NCBI GenBank assembly: GCA_973895155.1
Contig: OZ316893.1
Span: 22,031,717-22,095,716 of the forward strand
Reading direction: 5' to 3'
DNA length: 64,000 bases
Source: Marsupella aquatica
Lineage: Eukaryota > Plantae > Marchantiophyta
The notes below the pieces were generated by a model, which saw only the letters and a program-made list of their open reading frames with translations, was not told the origin of the DNA and did not search any database. Positions 39,261-51,427 of this stretch are shown in pieces. How positions within the stretch are numbered: position 1 is the stretch's first letter; each line of letters starts with the position of its first letter. The translations under genes and the position numbers were made by a program.

Positions 39261-41051
39261 CACTGCCAAGCAACTGTAGTAGCCAGAGTAGCCAGACGAG
39301 TTATTTATCGCAAGCCATGAACATATTCGTAGCGAGATGTGCATCATACAGTCAAAGCAACAACACAATCCTCTATGTACCAATTGAAAGACGAGCATGT
39401 TAAAATGTAGAATAGTTCATTCAAGGATTTGAAATATGACAGGTCCCACAATTCCCTTGCCTGTGTAGACGATTCCTGGCTTCATTCATTTTTAATTCCA
39501 GTCCCAGGTATTTGATGAAGTTTTCTCTCAAAGTACTCTCTCTAATCACAATTATCGCCGCATTGTCCTCTCTCCTTTCTTCATGATTGGTGCTAGTATG
39601 GGTAAGCGTATGGCACGCCATAGCCCAAAGGTGAAATGTATGAGGAAGAACAAGGGCCACTGTGCTTCGTGTGGTTACCAGTGCTTTGGAGTTTATGGGG
39701 CAACACAGCATTTTTTATATAAGGGTCCTACTAGACTTCAAATTGTACGTTGCACTCCATAAGTGCCACATCTGAGGCCACATTCCCCCTTCTTGCCACA
39801 AGCAAATCACATAAGAGAACAAATCTTTTGCCTGTTTGTCAAGTTCATAATGACACCAAGATTGTCGACACCTACCAAGCACTTCCCATGCTTCCAGTGC
39901 TGACTTGAAGAGGACATAAGTAGTGCTCATTTCATTCTGCTTGGGCACCCACCTCCTGCCTGCTCGCAAACAAAGGAATGGAACGACAGGAGTCCCTCTA
40001 TAAGTGCAAGACGATGTTTCCATTCTACCCCTTTTTAACATGATGTTTGCAGTGTTTTTGCACGTTTTTTTGTGCAACATACCTGAATACCTTTGCTGAA
40101 GGACAACTTTATAAGTTCAAACCTTTAATAAGTGTATATGAACACTTATTGGTCAGTGCACAATCCCATTGGTAAGTGTACATGACACTTATCAGTTAGT
40201 ACACAATCCCATTCATTTACTGATAAGTGCATGGCATATTTTAGTAGAGTCAAACTGCACTTATGGGTAGGGGGCCAAATTTTAGGGCAAGATTGTATGA
40301 TTTAGGGTGGGAGTCATTATAGTGTTCCACCAATGGAGGATAATTGCACATGTAACAAAAGATGTAAACCATACACACTCATTTTCACAAGGGCATACTG
40401 TATTTTAAGGGTCTTGTTGGGTTTCACTCTCATCTCATTCCTTCACAGTAGGGGGTAAATCATAGCTCAAATTGTAGATCTTGTTTCACCAAAATGTCAT
40501 CTGGAAATAGTTGCTATTTTTTTAAGAAAATCATGAATAAAATGCTTTTAGGGTAGGAGGTTTCTATGATTAAATAAACACCAAATGAGTGGGTATTATG
40601 TTTCTTGCAATTAATGACAAATATATATGTGTGCAAACCTTCTATAAGGATGTATGCACACTTATTGGGTAGTCACCAGATGATCTAATAAAGTGGTGCC
40701 AACATGGCTCAACCCCAACAAAGCTCAAATTCCAAGGGTTTGCACTTAAAACATAATGCAAACCTCATTAAGTGCACACATGAGGCTTCTTCCCAGGATT
40801 GTTCACTTAGAGCGAGGTCACTGTACATTTGGAAAAGGAATCCCACCTGCTTGGCTTCAGCGCGGTATCTGACTTTAATTAGCGTGGTCACATATATACC
40901 CTAAACTGACAGACACTTTTGGACAGCTAGGGCACTGTAAGAACCTTGCACCCCACCAACTGCAGTAGCAAACCTGCATGAGGGCCATCCACTCCCACCA
41001 GCCACAAAACTGATGGGGTGTAATGGTAGGTTTACCACCCTTTCATCCATA

Positions 41052-41346
41052 ACAACATCTTTGGCGCCACAATATAGTTTTACTTAACTATATCTCAATT
41101 CGTCACACATTAAACCTCTAACCTACCCACTCTTTAAAGTAACTATATCTTATGGCACAACATCTTTTGTGCACCACACTGGTATTGAGCTATCATACAA
41201 CAACTCAATTCATCACACTAAGCCTTTAACCTGCCCACTCTTTTAAGTAACTATGTCTTATGGAACAACATCTTTTGTGCACAGCACCGGTATTGAGCTA
41301 TCATACTATAACTCATCTCAATTCGTCACACATTAAACCTTTAACA
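41052..41346 (+). repeat. ~115-bp tandem repeat (about 2.5 copies) just downstream of the aspartic protease stop
   Basis: CTCAATTC.TCACAC...CCCACTCTTT.AAGTAACTAT.TCTTATGG..CAACATCTTTTGTGCAC is repeated. Confidence 0.85.
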
Positions 41347-41355
41347 TTAGTTGTA

Positions 41356-42735
41356 TCAAAATGTCAGTTCGTCACACTTAACCCTGGCGTAGCCAAAGCG
41401 CATTGCCTCCACGTCGTGCAGAACCTGAAAGTTCTGTTGCTGTATATTCCCCCAGACGCTGAAGACTCTACTGCCCTCTTGGAAGGCCAGACACGCCGTG
41501 CTCGCATTCGCCAGGAAAACATTCTCGTGAGGAAGATGGAGACTGAAACCGTCGAACACCATCGTCACCTTCGGGAGCACGGGGCTCGTCACATTAGACA
41601 GATCGAAACACAGCTGGGCTGCCGATCCCCCGACGAGCGGGTACGTGACTAGAGATTGAATCCTTGTTACTAGAGCGGAGTAAGCAGTTGGGACGAGGCG
41701 AGTGGCGCTTGTACCAGAGTCGGAGATCACTCCTCCGGTGCCATTCGGATGTAGATCGAACGTGCCGGAGGGAATGTCGAGGGCCAATCTGTTGACTTTG
41801 ATGCCCTTCAATCCAATGTAGTAGTAGGAAACATTTAGGTGTGGGTTGCGCAAAATTGGAGTGTACTGAGTCGCAACTTTCGGCACCGCAGCATCTCCGA
41901 ACAGAAACGGGCTGGTGATGTTGGAGTTGTCCTGAGAACTGACGAGACAGTACGAGAATTTGTGGCCGAAGAGACTGCCGAGCTGAGAGGTCATGGAAAG
42001 GTTTCCCATACCCAATCCTGCGATTGGAGGGGCCTCCCTGCTGAAGTTCCCTATGATACTCGATCCACATCCAAACGCAAACCTACCGACTGCCTTTGTC
42101 GTTCCTACGGTGCCGAATGTGTCGAGTGTGATACTCTCGTAAGACATGTTTCCAATTGTTCCTGTACTACCATTTCCATAACGATATTGGTATTGGCAAG
42201 TCGAATTGCAGGCCGTCTCAATAGGCTTGCACAATGGATCGCTGCACGACATTTTCGTGTATGTCGACGAAGCTGTAGGGTCGAACAAGGGATTGGATGG
42301 AACCGAGCAGTGAGAGCACGGCGAGCATCGGACCCAGACGAGAGAACTGCCCGTGTCAGCCAGCAGAGCAAGCTTTTGAGGTGGTGTACCGATGCTAATT
42401 TCCATGGCATATTGATGTGGGAGATTTTGAAATGTATGTAATGAGGTGATAAATGAGGCCGAGCTTGAATTTGATGGTACCCCGGCCGCTGACAGCCTGG
42501 ATGAAAGAACAGCTTCTCTCTCGTTGTCGCTCAGGAGGTCATACGTGACTCTCTCGGTGAGGCTGAGCCGAGGAACATGCTGTGGAGATTCAGGGTGAGT
42601 GTAGTGTATAAGCCGGAATTGACCTCCAGTAGACCCTCTCTCGGGCAGACGGCTGCTGTTGAATGCAACGGAGCTTGAAGGCCCTACACCCAGAGCTAAA
42701 ATGCTAATAATCTCCACAACGAGAAGGATCCTCAT
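41356..42735 (-). CDS. Secreted A1 aspartic protease (nepenthesin/CDR1-like), intronless
   Basis: Signal peptide MRILLVVEIISILALG, catalytic DTGS and DSGT motifs, Cys-rich nepenthesin-type insert, FSYCL and GNIQQQN. The ATG at 42735 is preferred over the ORF-track start. Confidence 0.95.
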   Translation of the reverse strand: MRILLVVEIISILALGVGPSSSVAFNSSRLPERGSTGGQFRLIHYTHPESPQHVPRLSLTERVTYDLLSDNEREAVLSSRLSAAGVPSNSSSASFITSLHTFQNLPHQYAMEISIGTPPQKLALLADTGSSLVWVRCSPCSHCSVPSNPLFDPTASSTYTKMSCSDPLCKPIETACNSTCQYQYRYGNGSTGTIGNMSYESITLDTFGTVGTTKAVGRFAFGCGSSIIGNFSREAPPIAGLGMGNLSMTSQLGSLFGHKFSYCLVSSQDNSNITSPFLFGDAAVPKVATQYTPILRNPHLNVSYYYIGLKGIKVNRLALDIPSGTFDLHPNGTGGVISDSGTSATRLVPTAYSALVTRIQSLVTYPLVGGSAAQLCFDLSNVTSPVLPKVTMVFDGFSLHLPHENVFLANASTACLAFQEGSRVFSVWGNIQQQNFQVLHDVEAMRFGYARVKCDELTF

Positions 42736-42809
42736 GGTGAAATCTTCGGCACAACTCAATCCAGAGGTTCGGTACATGAAAAACACGTTTGAGCTCTAAG
42801 TCCGCAAAA

Positions 42810-43227
42810 TCACCCAAATTGTTCCTTCTTGTCCACTTGATGTTTGATAGGTATGACTCTTATACAAGCAGCCAGATCACCCAAACTGTTCCTTCTTGTC
42901 CACTTGATGTTTGATAGGTATGACTCTTATACAAGCAGCCAGTCCATGTGTTGCAAAAGCACTTGTTCACTTGATGGATGATAGGTATGACTCTTATAAA
43001 ATCAGCCAGTCCATGTGTTGCAAAAGCACTTGTCCACTTGATGGATGATAGGTATGACTATTTTAATTTTTTTTATTTAAAGAGAAATCTGTGAAACCCA
43101 ACAGAAAAGGAACAAGTCAATAGCCACATTTGAACTCTAGACCTATGAGTCTCAACTCAAGTGAGCTACCACACAACCATACCTCTATGACTATTATACA
43201 ATCACCTAGTCCATGTGTTGCAAAAAC
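42810..43227 (-). promoter_or_regulatory. Tandemly duplicated proximal promoter units (~60-67 bp) of the aspartic protease
   Basis: Four copies of CACTTGATG..TGATAGGTATGACT(CTTATA). On the minus strand they supply TATAAG TATA-like boxes and CANNTG E-boxes 75-490 bp upstream of the ATG. Confidence 0.55.
43063..43185 (-). mobile_element. tRNA-derived SINE with 10-bp TSD
   Basis: TATGACTATT at 43053-43062 and 43186-43195. The minus strand has an A-box-like TGGTTGTGTGG near the 5' end, a B-box-like GAGTTCAAAT and an A-rich tail. A 3'-half homologue lies at ~45288-45342 (+). Confidence 0.7.
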
Positions 43228-43420
43228 AGTTAAGGCCGCCCGAAACAGTCTGGGTGTAATTGAGGTGGATTGAGTTCGTTGCAATCATGTCTTCCATGGC
43301 ATATCCGTGAATCTTCCATGAAGGGCTTTCCTTTGGGTTTCTGGGGTTTTTCCTTTTTTACTCACATTTTTTGTCCTCCTGCCTCCCTTGGTTTGGGGCT
43401 TTGGTTCGTTTGGAGTGTCA

Positions 43421-43795
43421 TATATATTAATTTGCTACAGCTCTTCAACTCCAATAAGTTTTCTCTGATGGTCACAAGGCTTTGGCATAGTTTTTACCGA
43501 ATCAGACATGCATGTTTAAAGAAGAGAATGATCCTGAGGAGTGTTCCTATATATTAATCTGCTCAAGTTCTTGAACTCCAATAAGTTTTCTCTGATGGTC
43601 ACGACGCTTTGGCCTGTTTTTAACCAAATCATGCATGTTGGAAGAAGAGAATGACCCCGAGGAGTGTCCATATATTAGTTTGCTCAAGTTCTTCAACTCT
43701 AATAAGTTTTAATTCTCTGATGGTCACAAGGCTTTGGCCTATTTTTAGCCAAATCATGCATGTTTTGAGAAGAGAATGATCCCAAGGAGACATAT
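43421..43795 (+). repeat. ~122-bp tandem repeat, 3 copies
   Basis: ATATTA.T.TGCT...CTT.AACTC.AATAAGTTTT...CTCTGATGGTCAC..GCTTTGGC...AGAGAATGA occurs three times. Confidence 0.9.
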
Positions 43796-45829
43796 TGCCC
43801 TATTACATAGCAAATGACCTTTTCAGTGCTATAATCCGCAGCAACTTTGGGGATGCTGAAATATTTTGCAAAAATCAGTATCCTCCATTCCAACACAATT
43901 TGAGGCCAGATCAAAACGAGCATGGTATTGGCACAGGCCACATCGGCACTCAATCAAATCTTCCCACAAAGCTCGTATCCCCATTGAGAATTCCGCTAGT
44001 CAGACCTATGACGATTTTGCAAACAGACACTTTTGCAACAATCATCTTGTAATGTGCAAATTTATGAAAGCCCCACAGTGAGATTCTGAAAATGTCTAAG
44101 CACTTCTTTCTAAGAGTCGGAAAGATAATTGCATGAAGAGTTTTCTGGTTTGCAAGGCTTCAAGGCAGCAGCTTCCAAGGCACTCTCAATTGAAACCTTC
44201 GGAGCCTGAGACTCTTCCTTGAATGAAATTTTTAATAAATTTTAATACAGTGAAAACCCTGTGAAAAAAGCCATCATCAGCTTTGAGACCGTAATATCAA
44301 TGTACATAAAAAATTAATCATGTAGACTGCACGCTAGGTAAGGTATAACAGTTCTAATATATACCTCAGCAGTAAACTAAGGTGAAGTACTTCACTATAA
44401 TAACACGTTCTAACTCTGAATTGAAAGGCCAACTCAAATGAACAATCCTAAAAAGTCACATTGAATAAGATACTATTCATTTGCATGATCTTAGCCATTT
44501 TGTTAGCAACCATTGAAAATGGACATCTATTATTCAATAAGGTGTGGGTCACACGTCCATCCTATTGCAATTACCAACAGTCAAAAAGGAGTATGACAGC
44601 CAGAAAGTGTTTGGATTGAACCCGGATCGCACCTTGGTATCAGCTCGTTTTAGTTAGGTACTTGTTTTTAGTGATGTGACGGGAATTCTTTCAATATTAG
44701 TGGCAGCCTCAAGGTTAACGGGGGAATCCAGGTTCCTACTGTCGCATCTAAAGTGACAATATTGTTCTTCAGAGTAGCTTTTCAGCATTGACCAATGCGC
44801 TTCTTTCGGATATGCACTCCAGATCTTAATGCCCTGCATAATTTTTCTCGTATTTTTCAGGGCATCATTGGAGAAGAATGTACTTCAAGATTTGGATCAA
44901 CTCACTATGAAGATGGTTTTCTACTTTTGCTAAAATTAGTAAAAACAAAAATCTCTTTGGCCTTGAAGTTTATTAAGATCTTGTTATCACAATTTTATGC
45001 GCAATTATAGCCCCGCAAAAGTCAAGCTGAAGCTCTCCATTTTGGGGCATGTTACTGTCTGAGTATACAAAGCACCAAAAATTACAAAGACAAAATTCAC
45101 AAAGGGCCTACTCAAGACTTCTGTAAGATTAATAATGCCCTGCAAATTACAAAGAGAAAAATAGTGAGAATATCACCAAGGGCATTAAGTAGAGAAGAAT
45201 ACACACTAAAGATCTGGATTGGGGCATTATGAAACTTGTCCTCCAACAAAGCTCAAATTCCAAGTCTTTTCAACTATTGTGGTTCACTGTTCCCTTTCTG
45301 TGGGGTTTCACAGATTTTCCCAAATTTCTAAAAAATAAAAAATGATTGTGGTCCTTGCCTAGTGATTCCTCTCCACATGTCTGTTTGATGTCTCACTACA
45401 AACGCTAAGGTGTCTTTTGCAAAATTGAGCACTGCAAACAGTGCGGAAATTCTAATAGGGTCAATTTGGGCCAATCATAATTCAACACAGGACCTGAAAT
45501 TACGATCAAAGACATTTGGTCTAAGTTACCAGCTATGGGGTCTCCTGTATGTCTCTTCACATGCACGGGTCGACATGCAGGTGCCCTATATCTCATAACA
45601 GGGGACCTTTTGCCCTTGGGGCTGTCTTGTGCATGCATGAGTCCTCGAAAAACCTGCCCTTACCAACCCAAAATTGTCATGAAAAAATGAGATTTGAAAT
45701 CTGCACATAATCAGGGAAGGGAATACTTGTGATACCCACACTCTATTCTACGGGGCAGTAAAGTCCTGCCTTCTTGTCTTTTCTGTCTTTCAAAGGGTTG
45801 GGAAAGCAAGGGCTGGAAACTTTCCTGAG

Positions 45830-45940
45830 ACTCCTCAAATATAGTAGTCAGGACTGGCTCCGGAGGGGGGACACACCTGAAACAACTCCTCAAATATAGT
45901 AGTCAGGACTGGCTTCGGAGGGGGGACCCGCCTGAAACAC
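45830..45940 (+). repeat. Tandem duplication of ~56 bp
   Basis: ACTCCTCAAATATAGTAGTCAGGACTGGCT.CGGAGGGGGGAC.C.CCTGAAACA occurs twice. Confidence 0.9.
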
Positions 45941-47318
45941 TCAGTCAGTCCAAAGTTGTCACCTGTATTGAGCATAGACGACATTCGCAACGGCAAGCCC
46001 ATGAACCATCCAATGCACAAGAATCGACACAGAGAGATACGTGGTTCACCTCCACATGAGGCTACGTCCACGGGAACACACAAGAGCTTTACTGCACTCT
46101 AGGCCGAACGGCCATACCAAGCATCCACAGCACAAGCTCTCCCTATCTCTCAACTAGCTCCGTAACAATGAGCCTAAGTTCCCACCAAGGTCTGGTTCAG
46201 CCCTGGCTATATTCACAACAACACTACCGCTAACATTAGTTAAGTCCTAACCTGAGTTAGTCTAATTGTGGTTAGCGCATGAGTCACAAGACTAGAACAA
46301 TATATAACAACCTGATCATTTAAAGGGCCAGTATTTCCAAGACCTTCACATACAAGAGGGCTCTTAATGCTATATGTTGGCTGATACTTCCCACGAATGT
46401 GCATTTAGAGAGAGGTGACTTTAGCATACGGTAACACTTTAAGTTCATGTGTTGAATGATAATGGTGATTGCCTAGTGATATCTCTCCACCTGTCTGGTT
46501 TAGTGTCTCGTCATACATTTGAGCACTACAAGCAGGAATCTGTGAGGGTCAATATGGGCCAATCAACATTCAACACAGGACCTGAAAGTTAGGATCAAAG
46601 ACATATGGTCTGAGTTATGAGGAGAGATATACTTAGTGGACCTCCAAATGCAACTTTCTCTCTTAATGGACCAAAAGTTTCCCACGCCCTTCCAATGGAC
46701 CCCAAAGTTTAGATTCTCTCCCAATGGACCTCCGGGCCCACTCCGTACAGGCATGTTCTTATGAAACAGCTTACCACGTAGTTTGAGTCCACTGCGTACC
46801 CTCTGGAAACCGTGGTTGGTCATGTGTAGTCGGCCGTCAATAACGTCGCAGTCCACAAGCGTTGTAGCTCTGGCGGCAATCGAGCTCCGCTCAGCACCAT
46901 GGCAGTTTTTGTGAATACAGTATGACTATTGTATTCAAAACAATAATTGAACGAGTTTGCGGTGGCATTGGAGCCTTCGTGCCCGGCCTCACAAGATTTC
47001 AGAATACATTGTCACTTTAGTGTTCAAGATACAAAGGAAATAGTTTATTGGAGCTTGCAACAGCCGGCAAGCAGTACCTCCCCGAACCTCCTTGCTTTTA
47101 TGAAGACATTGTCCATAATGTGTACAAATCTTAAAGGAATAATTTTCAAAATTCAAATGTGCCCGCCCTTTATGGAACCCTTTCGGAACCTGTTTTGTTG
47201 TCATTTGGTTTGTTTCTTGACATTTTCTCGCATTTTCTCGTGTTGCTGGTTCCGGCTCGTGTTGTTGGTTCTTGTTGTTCCTGCTGTTCCCGCTCGTGTT
47301 CTTGCTCGTGTTCCTGCT

Positions 47319-47957
47319 ATGTCGACCCTTGAGGATGTGCGAATTGCAATGAAGGAGCGGCCAGACAGCATCATTGGGCCAATCCCGGTATATGTTTGTA
47401 ATTTTCACTCTGATTTCCCATGGCCCAGAAAGTTCACTTACAGAGGTTGCAGGCATGGCATTGGCGGTGGTTTGGTTTGTGGGAAGTCCATTGAGGCAGC
47501 GGAGCAATGCAAGCACAACCCACTGGTAGACGGTAACAATTGTCATTTGTATAGGTTCGATATTTGCATGGTGGATGCATATGAGAACACTGGGCCATTC
47601 AAGGCCACTATCTTTCAAGCTGCACGAGAGCTTGTGGACATGACTGCTGACAAATTTGCAGAGTATGGTACCATTCGCCAGCTTGAAACAATGCACCAGC
47701 AAATTTCTCAGATCCCATATTGTCTAGTGTGGATTAAGGCAGGACGACACTCTGCTATTGTGAATAAGCTTGTTGTTGAGATGTGGCGATGCCCTCCTAG
47801 TCGTGCCCCTGTGAGAACAAGAGTTGAGAAAGTGATCAGCAGAAGCAATCTTGTGGATGCTGATGTCCTTATGCAGCAGTTGGAGGTGACTGCAACAATG
47901 ATTTCAAAGTTTTGTTTGTCCACCATCGAATCCGCCGAAGACTCGAAAGGCAAATGA
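47319..47957 (+). CDS. MULE-borne RPA70 C-terminal-like (Rep_fac-A_C) zinc-ribbon OB-fold protein, 212 aa
   Basis: Uninterrupted ORF. YRGCRHGIGGGLVCGK...QCKH...LYRFDICMVD....TGPFKATIFQAARELVDMTADKF parallels the plant RPA70 DBD-C pattern Y.AC...IG...C.KK...C..C...YRY....I.D.TG....T.FQ....E..G..A. Confidence 0.65.
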   Translation: MSTLEDVRIAMKERPDSIIGPIPVYVCNFHSDFPWPRKFTYRGCRHGIGGGLVCGKSIEAAEQCKHNPLVDGNNCHLYRFDICMVDAYENTGPFKATIFQAARELVDMTADKFAEYGTIRQLETMHQQISQIPYCLVWIKAGRHSAIVNKLVVEMWRCPPSRAPVRTRVEKVISRSNLVDADVLMQQLEVTATMISKFCLSTIESAEDSKGK

Positions 47958-48752
47958 TAGGGATGTTGTGTCATGCAGAATACATTTTGGTTGTTGTATT
48001 TTTGTTATTTCTTGAAGAGATTGGTGGTTTGGTAAGATGATTTAGTGTCATTTAGCATTCTCCGTAGCTTCAATGATGAACAATTCGCATTTCAAATGAG
48101 TATTGGGGGAGCCCTTCAGTTGCATAATTTTGAAAACCTGTATTGTGTAATGGGTATTTTCTCTTGCGTTATGAATAGAATACAACATTGTTTATGTATT
48201 CTCTGATCTATCTGTTACGTAACACATTGCAACATTCATTTGTATGTTGAGAATACAACACAGAATACTACATGGTGTATGTATTCTTTGAATTCTATTT
48301 CATGTAACACGTCTAGGTTGCGCCTGCTTTGCTACTTCATTGCTAGGGTTTAGGGTGCACGATCAGTTGCGCGTATGCCTTATCTTTGGCGAGGGTTTAG
48401 GATTTTAGAGAGATGGCAGCCGATGAGCGAGGAGGATTGTTTTAGGGAGGGATTCCACTATTGGAGCTCACAAATCGATCGATCGAAGGCCTGATGTGCT
48501 GGTGAAGGGGGATTGTGCGCGATTGGGAGTGGTTGGGAGCGATTGATTTAGGGAGCTGGTCATGGGGGATGTGCGCGATTGGGAGTGAGTGAGTATAGAG
48601 CAATTCAGGGAGCTGGTGCTGGTGAAGGGGGATTGTGAAATCACTTGGGATTGCCTGTCGGGTGATTGGAGTGACTGTCGAGAGCGATTTAGGGAGATCA
48701 ACGAGTGAACATTGGGCAGGTCGGTTGGGTTTTGAACCCAACCAAGGTAGTC

Positions 48753-51427
48753 ATGGTGCCCCATGCCAAGAAACTAACATTGGCAAAGGAGGGACAACAT
48801 TTTTGATACCGTGTAGGCGAGCAAGGGAACCACGTATTCAAGTGTATATGCGCCGGTCATGCTCCTCGCGGTTTCTCTTCGTTCAAGTCGTTTCAGACTC
48901 ACTTGAGCACCAAGCATGGCCAAAAACTCCTTGCTGATTTGTTGGAGCCAGGCCTGCCTTGGTTGAGTTCAAAACTCAACACCTCTCGTCCCGCCAAGAA
49001 ACCACGGAAATGCAGCAGCAGCAGTGGTAAGAAGACGGAAGGTGCGTCATGGATTCGATTGCGGTCGACTGCCAAGCTAAGATGGCAAATGACGAAGCAG
49101 CGCAAAAAGAATCAACTGAAGGTGGACTATTGCGTTTCAGTTCTAGGGAAGAAGGAGCCATCGGTTCCATCGAAATCGGTGCTTGTTCGTCTCATTAAGG
49201 TCTACCACATTCATCCGAAGGAGAAGAGTGGCTGGGGCTGCTTGGTAGATGACAGTTTCTTTGAGATATTACAGGAGCATGTCAACTCTGCTCCTATCAC
49301 CAATGCTGTGTATCACTGGGCCGAGCATGTGCAGCAATTTCCTGCTCAGTTGCCTGTGGATCGAAAGTTGCATGCTTTGCAGGTTGATTGTCGACTATTA
49401 CAGGTACTTTTTCCGCTGAGAGATGTCCCTGCCTAGTCTGTCCAACCTTCAGCAGGTGAGGAGAGTAGAGAACTCATTGTTGCAGACGCCTTGGAGTTTT
49501 TGAGGAAGAAAAGGGAAAGTCTGTTGTGGAAAGTCGGAGCAAAAGAAATCGATTTTGACCATGCCTATCCAAACTATGTGAAGTGGAAAAAGGAGCAGAA
49601 GCATCTGTCAATTGCCACAGTCGGTCGGAATTGTGTGAAAGATTACACAGGTGATGGCATGTCACAAGAAGAAGTAGAGGCAACGGTACGTAACACAATC
49701 ATTTTACTTGCCTTTGCATTGTTGTGTATACTTCGCGCACAATGTTTACACCAGTTTTCATATTGCAGGCTAGAGTTCACGAAGTGTGGGTTGATACCTC
49801 AGAGGAGGAGGGGTACGAGCCCACCCCTGACAAGTGGGGATTAGATTATCATGAGTCCTCTGATGAAGAAGACGCAGCAGAGGAATAGTTCCTCTTCCCC
49901 TTCTGCCAATGTTTTTTTTTGAATCTGCAGAGTTTGACAACATTGACCGGAATGTCTACGAAACTTCAGGTTCCTTTGAATGACGAAGTTGAAGCCAAAG
50001 AATCAGGGAAGAAAGGAAAGCCACGCAGGAAGCCAAACGAACCCAAGAAGCAGCCTCCACAGAAAATTACGCCTCCTGTTGACACTCAGGAAGCCGATGA
50101 GGTAAATTTTGCACTTCCAATGTAATTATCCCATTTGTATACCGTGATATCAATGTATGCACGATGGTTTAGTGCTCTTAGCCCGAGTATTGCTTTTTCA
50201 GGTTCCTCCCAACAAAGGAGGCAAAGCCAACCAATCAAAGCGGAAAACAAAAAGAACCAAGAAATCTGTAGAGCCACCACCGAACGGCAACACCACCCTT
50301 CTCGTAGATTCTCAGCAAGCTGACCAGGTAACGTTTACAAATGAAAGTTCTTTGCAACATCTGTAAATAGTGTGGAGAACATTTCCTGTTTTATCAACAC
50401 TGCAAGTTCAAGAGTAGGACACCAATGTTATGTTGTATACCATGATGTTAATGTATACTTACTGTTTGAATGTGCCTGTACTCCGAGTACTGCATTTTAG
50501 GTTCCTGAATCCCATGAGGGACCTACACCCGAACAATCTAAGAGGAAATCAAAGAGAACCAAGAAATCTGTACAACCACAGAGCCCGCGCCTGAGGTAAG
50601 CGTGTTTTCAATAGGCCAAGGAGGAACATTCCAGGGTAGACAGTGGTAAAAATGTATTCTATGTGTACTTATTTGATTTAAACATGCAATCACCTTAGTT
50701 TGCAATGACAGGGACCAAAGGAAGGAGAGCAAGCAACGGCACCCCCGGAGACAGAAAAAAGTGAACCTAGACGTTCAAAGAGGAAGCAAACAACTGCTCC
50801 CACCGAAGAGAAAATTGCCCAAACAAAAAGAAAGACCAGAACTAAAACCAAGGTAAGTACAAATCATTGTGTACTATGTGGCCATATTGTATAGGGACTA
50901 AACACATGATTCGCTTGATACTGATTTCAGCCTTACAATTGCAGGATTCATCTAAACAAGTCCAGGATGTCAATGCACAACCAGCACCAGAGGGAGGCAA
51001 CACTATTGAAACTCAGGGTACTGCCCTTCCACCGAATGTGTCTGCAATCCCATCAGGAGAGGTGACTGCACCGGTAGGGAGCACACCTTCTGTAATTGAC
51101 TTTGGTGGCACGATTGATTGGTAAGATGTGTTTCTTTGCTAATTGCTTTCATATGTGAATTTGCAGGAGTACTAGAAACCACCTGATGTGCAACCAGACC
51201 CATGTGCAAGTAGACGTCGGAGAAAATTGACAGTTCGTGCGCCATTGGGCAAGGCGCAAAGTGAATTTGTAATCCCGGGGTCTGTACCACAAGAGGTCAC
51301 TGTGCAGGAGGATGATATTTTGGATTCCTTGCACGCATCACAAATTCTCCAAGACTGTAGCCAGGCTGATGTTACCTCTTTTCACAAGGCAATCGATAAA
51401 ACGATTAGTAATGTGGATGAAGTTTAG
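48753..51427 (+). pseudogene. MULE accessory gene: multi-exon protein with an N-terminal C2H2-like zinc finger and Lys/Pro/Glu-rich low-complexity tail, disrupted by stops
   Basis: One frame runs from ATG 48753 to the donor at 49686, with in-frame TGA (48804) and TAG (49434). It contains FKCICAGHAPRGFSSFKSFQTHLSTKH. Several small AG/GT-bounded exons follow (e.g. QSKRKTKRTKKSV and QSKRKSKRTKKSV) up to the stop at 51427. The exon chain is approximate. Confidence 0.6.

Noticed and set aside
41260-42441. Overlapping antisense and alternate-frame ORFs
   Set aside because: They are shadows of the GC-rich aspartic protease CDS and contain no motifs.
46947-47318. N-terminal 124 aa of the 336-aa ORF
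   Set aside because: It starts at TTG and has T-rich UTR/intron-like composition; the ATG at 47319 precedes the recognisable domain.
48344-48402. Interstitial telomere (TAGGGTTTAGGG)
   Set aside because: Only one or two units are present; they are better read as telo-box-like promoter words upstream of the accessory gene.
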